Assembly: GCA_038231235.1 (NCBI GenBank) | Contig: JBBRLT010000003.1 | Coordinates: 10,370 to 74,369, forward strand | DNA: 64,000 nt | Reading direction: 5' to 3' | Source of the DNA: Terriglobales bacterium | Lineage (GTDB): Bacteria; Acidobacteriota; Terriglobia; Terriglobales; Acidobacteriaceae | Shown: positions 47,625-57,351 of the stretch, piece by piece | How positions within the stretch are numbered: the stretch's first letter is position 1 | Layout: every line of letters starts with the position of its first letter | Position numbers and translations under genes: made by a program | The notes under the pieces: model-generated | The model's database searches: none | Seen by the model: the letters and a program-made list of their open reading frames with translations, nothing else | Told to the model about the DNA's origin: nothing

Positions 47625-49751
47625 CTACTTGCTGGCACTCCGCGCACGCCACTTGGCGGTCAAAGTCTCGTCGCTGAGGGCTTTGACGAAGACGCCACCC
47701 ACCACACTGCGCGCCTGGAACCCCTGCTGCTTGCCGGTCTTGGTGTCATACCAGTCGGTCAACGGGACGCGTGTCGATGTCTCATTGGTCCAGCGGTAGA
47801 GGGGGTCCACCAGCGCGTCAAAGTCTGCGCGATTGTCTGCCAGGGTGGCGGTCCATAGCTCCCAATCGAGCTTGGTGTAATCGGCGCGGCTGTCCAGCGG
47901 CAGGCCGTCGCGGTTCAGCCTGCCGCGATAGTAGGCGATCTCCGCCTCGTGCACCTGAGCAGGGAACAGATCGAAGTGAAGAATCTTGTCCCATACCAGG
48001 TTGTACTTCTGGCTCCAGGTGTTGGGGCTGTTGAAGGCGAGCTTGTAGTGGTCGCCCTCCCGGGCCATGTCCACCCACTGCAGTGCCATCTTTTTCGCGT
48101 CAGCCTGGTAACTCTTCGCTTCGGCATCGTGGTGCAGTCGATGAGCCAGGTCGGCATAGGCGGCGAGTCCCACGATGGCTTTGATGGATAGATTGCTGTT
48201 GTGTGCGAGATGGCCGGCAAAGTCGTCCGTACTGAGCTGGTTCTTTGGGTCCAGCCCATTCGCGTGCAGATACTCTGCCCACTGGGTCAGCTTCGGCCAG
48301 TAGCGGGAGGCAAGCGTGGTATCCGCTTCCGCGCGCTCGATGGCATCGACCAGGATGAGCAGATTGCCGCTCTCCTCAACCGGCATCTGGTCTTCTTCGG
48401 TCTTCTCGCCGCCGCCGTACTCCTGTCCGTTGGCCAGCGGATATTGACCCAGGTCATGCGGCGCGAAGGGGAAGTGCCAGCGGTTTGGCATGCTGGCGTA
48501 TTCCAGTACAGGCAGCACCTGCGCTTCCAGCAGGCGCGGATTGAACAAGAGAAAGAGGGGCGCCGAGGGATAGAGCACATCCACGGTGGCAATATCGCCA
48601 TTGGAGAAGTTCTCTTTGGCGAAAAGCATCGCGTGGCCTTCGCCATCCGCAACCAGCACATGTGCTCCAACTGCCTGTCGATAGGCAAGTGTGCAGATCC
48701 ACGCATAATGCTCGCCGCCAGTGCGGGTCAGGTCGGAAGTAAGTTCCTGGTCAAAGGCGGCGCCACGCTTCTCAAGCGCTGGATACTCGCGTTCCGCCTG
48801 GTCCAGCATCGCTCCCACTGGCTGGTCGTTGCGCTCCCAGTAGGGCCGGAGATTGCGGTGCATCAGTTGTATGGCGTAGCCCTCGGTATAGCTGATCAGC
48901 AGGTGACGCGACAAGGGAGCCGAGGCGACGTCGCCCAAAGGGAAGACGACCACCAGGTGCGGCGCATTTCGTCCTGAGGCGACGCCTTCCATCTCGTCCG
49001 CCTGCGGAATGTTTCCGGTGTCGATGTACTGCACCAGGGCCCGGTGCGAGATGGATGTCTGCGCAGACTCGTTGTCGGGAACCACGAGATGCAAATACCC
49101 CCAGTCGATGCGCAGGTCGTCACCGGAACGATTCAACACCGCCTGGTCACGCGTGCCCACGGAAAGCACCTGGCTGCTCTCTGTGCGATTCCGCGAATAC
49201 GCGACCGGCTGACCATCGAAGCTGGTCGCGATGTTGGGGTTGGCATCCAGCATGACGGAGACCTGATGCTGAGCGCCGTCGTTCGCATGCGCCGTCCAGG
49301 TGAGATAGGTGACGGGACGAGATAACACGTCGAGGTCATCGAGCAGTGTTGGCGTGAAGAAGGTCAACTCGATCGCGACGCCCGCGCCGGCAAAGCTGTA
49401 ACGCATATGCGTTGGCGTGAGCTTCATGGCGGTCTGCTCGAGTGCCGGAATCTCCGATGGATCGGCGCCCATGATGCGGTAGGTCTTGCCGTCGATGCGC
49501 ACCAGACCAGTCAACTGCTGGGGATGGCCGGTCCAATGCCGCGTGTTCGAATCGGTCAGCTTGTCAGTGTTCGACCAGATGCTGAAGTAAGGGTTGTGCA
49601 CGATAAGCGGGGTAGCCGGGGGACGCTCCTGGGCGGTGGCGAATGCCGAGGAGAGGAGAAGCGCACCCAGCGCGGGTAAGAGCACCAAGGCGAGGGCGGC
49701 AAAGGTATTGCGGCGGAGATGATAGTTCTGCATGCGCATCGAGTGTCTCAT
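47625..49751 (-). CDS. Glutaminase-A-like protein (DUF4964/DUF5127/DUF4965/DUF1793 architecture)
   Basis: 708-aa ORF with a signal peptide FAALALVLLPALGALLLSSAFATAQ. N-terminal PLIVHNPYFSIWS and overall length match fungal/bacterial GtaA-like glutaminase-domain proteins (from memory). Confidence 0.7.
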   Translation of the reverse strand: MRHSMRMQNYHLRRNTFAALALVLLPALGALLLSSAFATAQERPPATPLIVHNPYFSIWSNTDKLTDSNTRHWTGHPQQLTGLVRIDGKTYRIMGADPSEIPALEQTAMKLTPTHMRYSFAGAGVAIELTFFTPTLLDDLDVLSRPVTYLTWTAHANDGAQHQVSVMLDANPNIATSFDGQPVAYSRNRTESSQVLSVGTRDQAVLNRSGDDLRIDWGYLHLVVPDNESAQTSISHRALVQYIDTGNIPQADEMEGVASGRNAPHLVVVFPLGDVASAPLSRHLLISYTEGYAIQLMHRNLRPYWERNDQPVGAMLDQAEREYPALEKRGAAFDQELTSDLTRTGGEHYAWICTLAYRQAVGAHVLVADGEGHAMLFAKENFSNGDIATVDVLYPSAPLFLLFNPRLLEAQVLPVLEYASMPNRWHFPFAPHDLGQYPLANGQEYGGGEKTEEDQMPVEESGNLLILVDAIERAEADTTLASRYWPKLTQWAEYLHANGLDPKNQLSTDDFAGHLAHNSNLSIKAIVGLAAYADLAHRLHHDAEAKSYQADAKKMALQWVDMAREGDHYKLAFNSPNTWSQKYNLVWDKILHFDLFPAQVHEAEIAYYRGRLNRDGLPLDSRADYTKLDWELWTATLADNRADFDALVDPLYRWTNETSTRVPLTDWYDTKTGKQQGFQARSVVGGVFVKALSDETLTAKWRARSASK

Positions 49752-49914
49752 TCTCTGCCAGCTTATAGCTGTTGAACAGCCCCAAAAGCGCGCCTACTGA
49801 CCGGCGGACACCCTACCCCGCAACGCGTAGGCATAAGAGCTTAGTCACGCAAACGGCGCTGCGACGCTCTACACTTCACAGGGTGAACTCCCATTCGCAC
49901 GTCCGAGGATTGGT

Positions 49915-50685
49915 ATGCCCGATCCCCTGACCTCGAAAAACTCTATTCAGAACGGCTTGGCAAAAGACGGCTTGGTCCTGGAGATTTGTGTCGATTCACT
50001 CGATCTTGCGCTCGCCGCGGCGCGTGGTGGCGCGGACCGGATCGAGTTGTGCGGGCCGCTGCATGACGGCGGCATCACGCCAAGCGCAGGAGTAGCAGCG
50101 GCGGCGCGGGCGATGATCGATCTGCCGCTCGCCATGTTGGTGCGCGCACGCACAGGACCCTTTACCGCGTCGGCCGCTGAATTCGAAGTGATGCAGCGGG
50201 ATGTTCTCTATGCACGCGAGATCGGTATGGATATGGTGGTGTTGGGTATCCTGCGTGCGGATAGGACTGTAGATGTGGAGCGGACTCGGGATCTGGTCAC
50301 GCTGGCGCAACCGATGCAGACAACCTTTCACCGCGCCTTCGACGCGACCCCGGATCCAGAGCAGGCGCTGGTCGATGTCATTGAGACTGGTGCGACGCGA
50401 GTCCTTACATCGGGCGGGAGTACTACGGCGCTGCAAGGCGCGTTACAGGTGGCTCGTTTGCAGGATGCAGCCAGGAGTCGCATCACCATGCTGCTATGCG
50501 GAGGCATTGGGCTATTGTCTATCCGCGAGGCCGTCGCCATCTCAAAGGTGAGAGAGGTGCATGCTGCTTTGAGAGATAGTGTCGGTCCGAACTACGCACT
50601 CGGATGCCCGCTGCCCGAGGAGCTAGAGCGCTTCGCCTCCGCGGTGTCAACGCTCAAACTCCGCATGCGACAAGAGACAACCTAG
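49915..50685 (+). CDS. cutC: Copper homeostasis protein CutC family
   Basis: 256-aa ORF. LEICVDSLDLALAAARGGADRIELCGPLHDGGITPSAG and FHRAFD, typical of CutC TIM-barrel proteins. Confidence 0.8.
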   Translation: MPDPLTSKNSIQNGLAKDGLVLEICVDSLDLALAAARGGADRIELCGPLHDGGITPSAGVAAAARAMIDLPLAMLVRARTGPFTASAAEFEVMQRDVLYAREIGMDMVVLGILRADRTVDVERTRDLVTLAQPMQTTFHRAFDATPDPEQALVDVIETGATRVLTSGGSTTALQGALQVARLQDAARSRITMLLCGGIGLLSIREAVAISKVREVHAALRDSVGPNYALGCPLPEELERFASAVSTLKLRMRQETT

Positions 50686-51374
50686 TCCTTCGGCCCTTTG
50701 ATAGTAGCGAATACGATCCAGCACAGAGTGTGCGCAATGATCTTTCAGCTAACAAATGTCGTCGCACTTAGCACATCGTTCGCCACCCCAATCTAAAGAT
50801 CACAATAACTGTGACAATACTGCCGGGAGAGCATCGGCGGCGTGAGCCTACTGCTTTCGTTGCTTCGGTGTCAGGCACGGGGAAAGTGCTGTACGCCCCC
50901 CCCATTTATGGGCAGTGTGTCCGTCCACAGCTGACAGCGCTCCATGTTCCATGAACTTGGCAGGTAAATAAAACCAGTCGCAGCGCTGTCTTACTCCGCC
51001 GAATGCGCACAATCTTCACTTGTTCAGTGTCTACAGCGCTGTAACGATTTTTCTTTGCAAACTCCGCCGGAAAAGCCTTTCAGTTGACTGCGGAATGTGT
51101 ATTATCCGCTCTAGAAATCACCCAAGGATTCGGCTCGAGTCATTGTGATCGGGGCCGAGTTGGACGGTCGAGCGCTGGCTAGGTGCGAAGTTTTCGTACA
51201 TAGCCAGTGTCGTGAGCGGGCTTGCACCTCGTCGGCGCGGGTCTGCGTCATGTAAATGTTTTAGGTGGGCGGCGGCGGGTTTGTTGAGTTGTTGCGGACG
51301 CAGATATCCACTGCAATCCTCTACAAGACGTTTGACATATCAGTTCGATACAAAAGCAGCCAGTAGGAGAATCA

Positions 51375-52460
51375 ATGTTGTTCCTAAACAGAAGCATCCC
51401 GCGTGTCAGCCAGATCGCCAGCCGCTTTCCTCTCTTGTTCCTTACTACCCTGTTCGGACTTACCATTCCCCAGTCGGCTTTAGCTTCCAATATCACTGTT
51501 GCCAGTCCTGTGAGTGGGACGAGTGCTTCCTCGACGGTATGGGTGCGGGCCCACAATATCGGGTGCAACGGTCTTACGCCGACAGCATTCGGCTACTCCA
51601 TCGACAATAGCAGCGCCTTTACCCTCGGCGTTACGCCGTACGACATCGACGTTACCCATCAAAGCATCGGCGGCGGTGCACATGTCGTGCATTTCAAATC
51701 GTGGACGAACAACGGCATCTGCCCGGTGGTGGACAGTACATTCACTGCTGGTGGTGGCAGCAGCATCGGTGCAGCACCGAACCCGGCGCCAGCGACGCTT
51801 CCACCCAATGCTGCGTCCAACGATTTGGACAGCGCCAGCGCATGGGAATACGAGCATGACGGTGGGACGCCGGGGGAATCGAGGGGATCGACCGTCTTTC
51901 CCGCCACTACTCCTGTGTATGACGACGCGAGAGAGTTCTACATGACCTATTCCAATCATGGCGGCGAGCGTTGGCATCTGTCCTTCGGCAAAAATCCAAA
52001 TGTTACGCATTTCATCCTGGATACATATATCTATTTTGTCGATCCGGACCAGGTTCAGAACCTTGAGTTGGACATGAACCAGGTCACATCGAGTGGCAGC
52101 ACGGTGATCTTTGGCACCCAGTGTTCCAGCATCTCGAAAACCTGGGAGTACGTCTATGTTTCGGGGAACTCACCGCATTGGCGGCCATCGAATATCGGCT
52201 GCAATCCCCGGAGCTGGGCTCCCAATACATGGCACCATGTACAGATCGCATTTCATCGTGAAGGCGAAGGAAAAGTAGTTCATGAGTGGGTGAACTTCGA
52301 TGGAACACGGAGCACTTTCCAGAATGCGATTGGCGATTCGAGCCTGAGGCTGGGTTGGGCGGCTGGAGATCTCTTGGTCAACTACCAGCTTGACGGAAAT
52401 AATGCCTCCAGCGGATCCATCACCTCTTATGTTCACAAGATGACCGTGGCGAGTTGGTAG
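51375..52460 (+). CDS. Secreted hypothetical protein: N-terminal Ig-like module + C-terminal beta-sandwich-like domain
   Basis: 361-aa ORF. AGGAG precedes the ATG. Signal peptide FPLLFLTTLFGLTIPQSALA. The N-module ITVASPVSGTSASSTVWVRAH...GAHVVHFKSW parallels the N-module of the phosphoesterase at 54185-57022. Lower GC. Confidence 0.6.
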   Translation: MLFLNRSIPRVSQIASRFPLLFLTTLFGLTIPQSALASNITVASPVSGTSASSTVWVRAHNIGCNGLTPTAFGYSIDNSSAFTLGVTPYDIDVTHQSIGGGAHVVHFKSWTNNGICPVVDSTFTAGGGSSIGAAPNPAPATLPPNAASNDLDSASAWEYEHDGGTPGESRGSTVFPATTPVYDDAREFYMTYSNHGGERWHLSFGKNPNVTHFILDTYIYFVDPDQVQNLELDMNQVTSSGSTVIFGTQCSSISKTWEYVYVSGNSPHWRPSNIGCNPRSWAPNTWHHVQIAFHREGEGKVVHEWVNFDGTRSTFQNAIGDSSLRLGWAAGDLLVNYQLDGNNASSGSITSYVHKMTVASW

Positions 52461-52479
52461 AAGAGTTGTGTGGCTTCGC

Positions 52480-52513
52480 AAGATGGCCGCCCCGGGGCGG
52501 CCATCTTGTTTTG
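52480..52513 (+). terminator. Rho-independent terminator
   Basis: AAGATGGCCGCCCC/GGGGCGGCCATCTT, a perfect 14-nt inverted repeat, followed by GTTTTGG. It lies 20 nt after the stop at 52460. Confidence 0.7.
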
Positions 52514-52736
52514 GCGGGGTTTGCCTCTTCCCAGAGCCTGGTCGCGGCTGGGGCGGTGTGGTCCGCAAAGGCTGTAGCTGCACACTCCGCTGTCCTTGGA
52601 CAGGCGCTCGGGGCTGCCTAGACTCAAACTGGTTAGGCCGGCTGGCCGATCCCTGCTTGCTACACTCGCAGGGAGAGCCTTGAGCCTTGAGAATCCACCT
52701 ACTCACGCCAATGGCATCCTCAGCTTTGGAGGGAAC

Positions 52737-54032
52737 GTGCCAAATTCCGATCTGACCTCCATACTTTTCATTCTGCTGTTGCTCGTGGGACTGGCTCAAC
52801 TCCTCGGCTTCTTCATCGTGAAGCTGCGGCAGCCACGGGTAGTGGGAGAGATTCTGGCGGGCGTCGTCCTCGGTCCGGCTCTGGTTGGCAGGCTGCCCTT
52901 CGCCTCCAGATTGATGGATGCGATGAAGCATCAGGAGAGTGTACTGAGCCTTTTCTACTGGCTCGGCTTGTTGCTGCTGATGTTTCTGTCGGGTGCGGAG
53001 GCGCGTCAGCTATTTGGCCGCGAAGAGCGCCGCGAGGTCGCGTGGTTGTCGATTGTCGGAACCGGCATTCCGTTCCTGCTAGGTCTTATCTTCGGTCCAA
53101 GACTTATCGGCCCATCGCTGGCCGGGCCGCACGGCAATACCGTCTCCATCACGATCATTCTGGCGGTGGGTGTTGCCGTTACATCGATTCCCGTTGTGTC
53201 GAAGATGTTTTCTGACCTGAATATCCTGGGCACCCGCTTCGCCCGCCTGGTTCTAGGGGTAGCCGTACTGGAGGACATCGTCCTGTGGCTGGCGCTGGCC
53301 GTGGCAACTGCGACGGCTGGCCAGGTAGCGTTGAACTCCCGCAGTATCGTGCTTCACTTAACCAGCACGATCGCGTTCTTCGCGCTGGGACTCACCCTTT
53401 TGCCCCGCGCGGTGAAGCGTGCCAATAAGTCGCGCTTCAATGTGGTGGCAAGGCACTCGCCGATCGCTTACGTTCTTGCTGTGCTGCTTGGCTATTGCGT
53501 AGTTGCTGGCGCTCTGGATATCAGCATGGTGTTCGCGGCATTCCTGGCCGGCTTCGCTGTTGTGCACAAGAAGCGCAAGATATTCGCCGAAGCGCTGGAC
53601 GCGATAGGGAAGGTGTCGTTCGCCTTCTTTATTCCGCTTTACTTTGCAATTGTCGGACTGAAGCTGAACCTGGTGCGAGGCCTCTCTTTGTGGATGCTGG
53701 GAGCCTTCATCCTGGCGAGTTGCCTAGTGAAGGTCCTCTCAGTAGCCGCGGCAGGCCGGCTCGCGGGATTCCGCGGGCTGGATCTCATCAATCTGGCAAT
53801 CGTAACGAATGCGCGTGGCGGGCCAGGAATCGTGCTGGCCAGCGTCGCGTTCGATGCGGGCATCATCAGCTCGAAGTTCTATACAACGCTGGTTGTCGCC
53901 GCGGTCCTGACGTCGCAGATGGCGGGCGCGTGGTTGGACTTTGTCCTGCGTCGCGGCTGGCCACTGCTGGCGTCCGATGCCAAGGGTCCAGCGGCCGTGG
54001 TATTGCATGAAGAGATTGTCCCCGGCCAGTGA
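52737..54032 (+). CDS. Monovalent cation:proton antiporter (CPA2 / Kef-type Na+/H+ exchanger family)
   Basis: Start at GTG 52737, 4 nt after GGAGGG. Polytopic. N-terminal LLLLVGLAQLLGFFIVKLRQPRVVGEILAGVVLGPA is typical of CPA2 TM1-2. No C-terminal KTN domain seen. Confidence 0.8.
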   Translation: MPNSDLTSILFILLLLVGLAQLLGFFIVKLRQPRVVGEILAGVVLGPALVGRLPFASRLMDAMKHQESVLSLFYWLGLLLLMFLSGAEARQLFGREERREVAWLSIVGTGIPFLLGLIFGPRLIGPSLAGPHGNTVSITIILAVGVAVTSIPVVSKMFSDLNILGTRFARLVLGVAVLEDIVLWLALAVATATAGQVALNSRSIVLHLTSTIAFFALGLTLLPRAVKRANKSRFNVVARHSPIAYVLAVLLGYCVVAGALDISMVFAAFLAGFAVVHKKRKIFAEALDAIGKVSFAFFIPLYFAIVGLKLNLVRGLSLWMLGAFILASCLVKVLSVAAAGRLAGFRGLDLINLAIVTNARGGPGIVLASVAFDAGIISSKFYTTLVVAAVLTSQMAGAWLDFVLRRGWPLLASDAKGPAAVVLHEEIVPGQ

Positions 54033-54133
54033 TGCGTTGCAAAGCCACGCGATCCGAGAAAGATGCGCAAACAGCGGTGCTTGCTGAAACAAAAGGCCGC
54101 GGTAGCACGCTTCGCGCTGTGCCGGATACTGCA

Positions 54134-54161
54134 GAGCGGGTAGGCCCAAGTCCACCCGCTC
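54134..54161. terminator. Hairpin between convergent antiporter and phosphoesterase genes
   Basis: GAGCGGGT-aggcccaagtcc-ACCCGCTC, an 8-bp stem. No clear U-tract. Confidence 0.3.
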
Positions 54162-54184
54162 ACAATCCAAAGCAGATTGCTCAG

Positions 54185-57022
54185 CTACGGCCCCATGTCA
54201 GTGGGGGTACACGGATTGTGGCCGAGCGAGGTGGGCGTAACCGGAGCCGGCGGAGTGGGCGGCGTAGCCCACGGTGCATTGCTGAAATCGAAGAACTCCA
54301 GCAGATCCGGCTGTGTCGCATCGCGGGCAGTCAGGTGGGCCGAGCTGCCGATAAAGCGCTGCTCGACAAACTTGATAATCGCAGTGTGGTCCATCGGCGT
54401 GTGTGAGACATAATGCTTGCGCGTGAATGGGGAGACCACGATGTTTGGTACCCGGAAGCCCAGTTGCGCGGCAAAGCCATTAACGGCTGCGGCATCACCG
54501 GAATGTGCGCCGGGTGAATTGGCACCAAGATCGCAGTGCAGCGTCGGTGTTCCGCCGCTGGGCACGCACGGATTGTAGGCATCCGGGTTCACTGCGATGG
54601 CCGAGATATCGGGAATGGATCCCAGGCCAGCACTGGTCTTGTCATTGGAGTGGCCGCGAACCGGCGGCACGTGATCGTAGGGACCGCCGCCTTCGTCATA
54701 GCCCAGGAAGAAGACAGAGTCGTTCCATGCGGGACTCGTCATCAGGGCATTCACGAGCTTCGCTACCTGGGACTGTCCGGTCAGAATCGACTGGCCCGAT
54801 CCCGGATGCTCATCATTCAAGCCGGAACCAGATTCGATGAAGCTGAAGCTGGGCAGTTTGCCGCTGCCAAGGTCAGTGAAGTAGGTCGATATCGGAGCGA
54901 TCCGGCTGATATCGATACAGAACGAGTTGGTCGAATCGCCAACTACGCTCGAAGGCTGGGTGGTGCCAGTGCAGGGTGTCGTACTGGTGTTCTTATGCAA
55001 GTACTGAAAGGCATAAGTGAAGTAGGAGAAGGTGGTATTGGGCAGCGCGCTGGATGTCGTGTAGTAGATTCTCCACGATACCTTGGCATTGTCCAGCTCC
55101 TGGAAGATGGTCGGTATGGTAAGCCCGGAGAGGTGATCGTTGCTGCCCGGATCGAATACCAGACCCTGGGTTGTCCCACCACTGAAGGTCGCAATGCGAT
55201 TTGGAATGCTCTTGCTCGACATTGGCGTGAACCAGCGATCGGAGAGCGCAAACTGCGAGGCCATGTAGTAGTAGTAGTTCAGCAGGCCCTCGTCGTAGTA
55301 GCCCATGGCACGCTGACCCGTCAGGTCAGTGAAACTGCCAGAGCAGGTTCCGGAAGCCGCGCAACTCTTTGCAAAGCCTTCGGCATTATGAACGAACCCG
55401 TCCATGAGGATGGGGCGCGAGGTCAGGAAGTTGTAGCGATTCACATCGCCATAGCTTTCCAGCCAGGACGAGGTCAAATCATCGATGCAGGTGGTCTTGA
55501 ACTTGAAGAGCGGCATAGCTACGCCCTCGTCATCCTTGTTGCTGGTGATCAGCTTGTCATCGATGCCATCGACATCATAGGCATGCCCATCCTGGCCGAA
55601 GTTCCAGTTTTGGCTTCGCCGGTAGGGGTTAAGCAGGCCGAAGTAGTTATCGAAGGTGTGGTTCTCCTGCAGCATGAAGATGACATGGTTGATCGATTGG
55701 GCGCTGCCCGCAGGCCCTACCGTCACCGTCGCGCTCGCAGTCGCGTCCGTTCCTGAGCCAGTAGCATCCGCAGTGTAGGTAGTGGTCGCCGTCGGAGTTA
55801 CTGTCTTCGTGCCGCCAGTGGACGAAAGTGTGAAGCTGGTGCCGTCCGAGCCGCTCACGGTGACACCGGTAGCGTTGGTTGCGGTGACGGCCAGGGTGGA
55901 CGAACCTCCCGACGTGATCGACGCCGGATTGGCAGTGATGCTGACCGTCGGCGCGGCTTGCGCACTTACGGTCACTATCGCCGTCGCGGTCGTCGTACCA
56001 CCCGCCCCAGTGGCATGGGCGGTGTAGGTGGTGGTCGCCGTCGGACTCACGCTCTGCGTGCCCCCGGTGGATGTCAGGGTGTAGCTGGTGCCATCCGAGC
56101 CGGTGACGGTCACGCCGGTAGCGTTGGTTGCGGTGACGGTCAGGGTGGAGGAACTACCCGAGGTGATCGATGTGGGATTGGCGCTGATGTTGACTGCCGG
56201 GGCGGCTTGCGCATTGACGGTCACGGTCGCCGTCGCGGTCGTCGTTCCGCCTGCCCCAGTGGCATGGGCGGTGTAGATAGTGGTCGCCGTCGGACTCACG
56301 GCCAGCGTGCCGCCCGTGGAGGCCAGGGTAGTGTTAGTGCCGTCCGGGCCGGTCACGGTCACGCCAGTAGCGTTGGTCGCGCTGACGGTCAGGGTGGAGG
56401 AGCTGCCCGACGTGATCGATGTGGGATTGGCAGTGATGCTGACTGTCGGCGCGCCTTGCGCAGCAACCGTCACGGTCGCCGTCTTCGTCGTCGTTCCGCC
56501 TGCGCCCGTGGCATGCACTGTATAGGTGGTGGTTGCTACCGGGCTGACGGTCAGGGTGCCGCCAGTGGATGACAGGGCGAAACTGCTGCCATCGGAACCA
56601 GCCACGGTCACGCCAGTAGCGTTGGTCGCGGTAACGGTCAGAGTGGAGGAGCTTCCCGAGGTGATCGATGCCGGATTGGCGACGATGCTGGCCGTCGGCG
56701 CTGCCACGACGGTCACATTGATTGTAGTAAAGGTGGAGCCGCCGCAATGGTCCCACTCCTGCACGACGGTATGTTCATACCCCGGAGCCAGGGTGATACG
56801 CGTGTCCAGCTTCGCTCCATTGACCGTGTAGATCAGCTTGTTGTTGACATAGATGCCCATCGCGCCCACGCCGGTGGCGCAGGTCGTCGCGGTGGAGGTC
56901 GCTACATAGTGAGTCGGCGAGGCGACTGTCGATCCGGGGGTCGGGGTACTGACGGTCACGGTCGCGGAGGCCGAGGCTACCAACGCCAGAAGGGATAGGG
57001 CAACGTAGAAAAGCTTTTTCAT
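54185..57022 (-). CDS. Secreted phosphoesterase-family enzyme (non-haemolytic phospholipase C / AcpA acid phosphatase family) with N-terminal Ig-like module and 4 tandem repeats
   Basis: 945-aa ORF. Signal peptide MKKLFYVALSLLALVASASA. Four 83-aa Thr/Ser/Ala-rich repeats. Catalytic-domain start INHVIFMLQENHTFDNYFG and later DEHPGSG, typical of Pfam Phosphoesterase (PLC/AcpA). Confidence 0.85.
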   Translation of the reverse strand: MKKLFYVALSLLALVASASATVTVSTPTPGSTVASPTHYVATSTATTCATGVGAMGIYVNNKLIYTVNGAKLDTRITLAPGYEHTVVQEWDHCGGSTFTTINVTVVAAPTASIVANPASITSGSSSTLTVTATNATGVTVAGSDGSSFALSSTGGTLTVSPVATTTYTVHATGAGGTTTKTATVTVAAQGAPTVSITANPTSITSGSSSTLTVSATNATGVTVTGPDGTNTTLASTGGTLAVSPTATTIYTAHATGAGGTTTATATVTVNAQAAPAVNISANPTSITSGSSSTLTVTATNATGVTVTGSDGTSYTLTSTGGTQSVSPTATTTYTAHATGAGGTTTATAIVTVSAQAAPTVSITANPASITSGGSSTLAVTATNATGVTVSGSDGTSFTLSSTGGTKTVTPTATTTYTADATGSGTDATASATVTVGPAGSAQSINHVIFMLQENHTFDNYFGLLNPYRRSQNWNFGQDGHAYDVDGIDDKLITSNKDDEGVAMPLFKFKTTCIDDLTSSWLESYGDVNRYNFLTSRPILMDGFVHNAEGFAKSCAASGTCSGSFTDLTGQRAMGYYDEGLLNYYYYMASQFALSDRWFTPMSSKSIPNRIATFSGGTTQGLVFDPGSNDHLSGLTIPTIFQELDNAKVSWRIYYTTSSALPNTTFSYFTYAFQYLHKNTSTTPCTGTTQPSSVVGDSTNSFCIDISRIAPISTYFTDLGSGKLPSFSFIESGSGLNDEHPGSGQSILTGQSQVAKLVNALMTSPAWNDSVFFLGYDEGGGPYDHVPPVRGHSNDKTSAGLGSIPDISAIAVNPDAYNPCVPSGGTPTLHCDLGANSPGAHSGDAAAVNGFAAQLGFRVPNIVVSPFTRKHYVSHTPMDHTAIIKFVEQRFIGSSAHLTARDATQPDLLEFFDFSNAPWATPPTPPAPVTPTSLGHNPCTPTDMGP
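55706..56701 (-). repeat. 4 x 249-bp in-frame tandem repeat (83-aa Ig-like units) inside the phosphoesterase gene
   Basis: Units begin APTASIVANPASITSGSSSTLTVTATNATGVTV..., APTVSITANPTSITSGSSSTLTVSATNATGVTV..., APAVNISANPTSITSGSSSTLTVTATNATGVTV... and APTVSITANPASITSGGSSTLAVTATNATGVTV... The DNA landmark GGTGCC(G/A)TCCGAGCC recurs at 55838 and 56087, exactly 249 bp apart. Confidence 0.85.
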
Positions 57023-57351
57023 AACTCCGCCTTGGCGCTCTGTCTCACGTAACTCGGCTGGCTCGGCGGCTAAGTCTCGAAGACTTGTGTTCTCACCGGG
57101 CGCTGTTAGAAATTGTCTGATCCCGAGGGGGGCGGAATAAGAAAAGCATAGTTCCCTGGCTGGGAGCCACGCAAGCTGAAAGCCCTCTATCTTGGGATCG
57201 GCGAAGTTCTAATTCCGCCTTTGGAGACCAGCTAAGGAATGACCCTTGAGGAGTCGATCCAGGCTGCACGCCAAACTCGGTTCGCCTGCCGTTTGCCGAG
57301 CTTGCAGCATAATCGCTCACTCCGGCATGGGACGATTCATGTGAACGAGTC

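Noticed and set aside
50686-51374. The ORF-free gap as RNase P RNA, tmRNA, 6S or SRP RNA
   Set aside because: I could not find the conserved cores, such as GAGGAAAGTCC for RNase P or a tRNA-like GGGG...TCCACCA end plus tag ORF for tmRNA. It remains an unexplained region.
52170-52931. 253-aa minus-strand ORF spanning 52170-52931
   Set aside because: It runs across the 3' end of the 51375 gene, through the strong terminator hairpin at 52480-52513, and into the antiporter gene. It has low-complexity composition.
54536-55756. 406-aa + strand ORF, and the repeated 81-aa + strand ORFs at 55782-56831
   Set aside because: They are antisense to the phosphoesterase gene. The repeated small ORFs only mirror the 249-bp coding repeats on the other strand.
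55706-56701. Regular 249-bp repeats considered as a CRISPR array or satellite
   Set aside because: The repeats are contiguous with no unique spacers. They are in frame and translate into Ig-like protein units within a long ORF.
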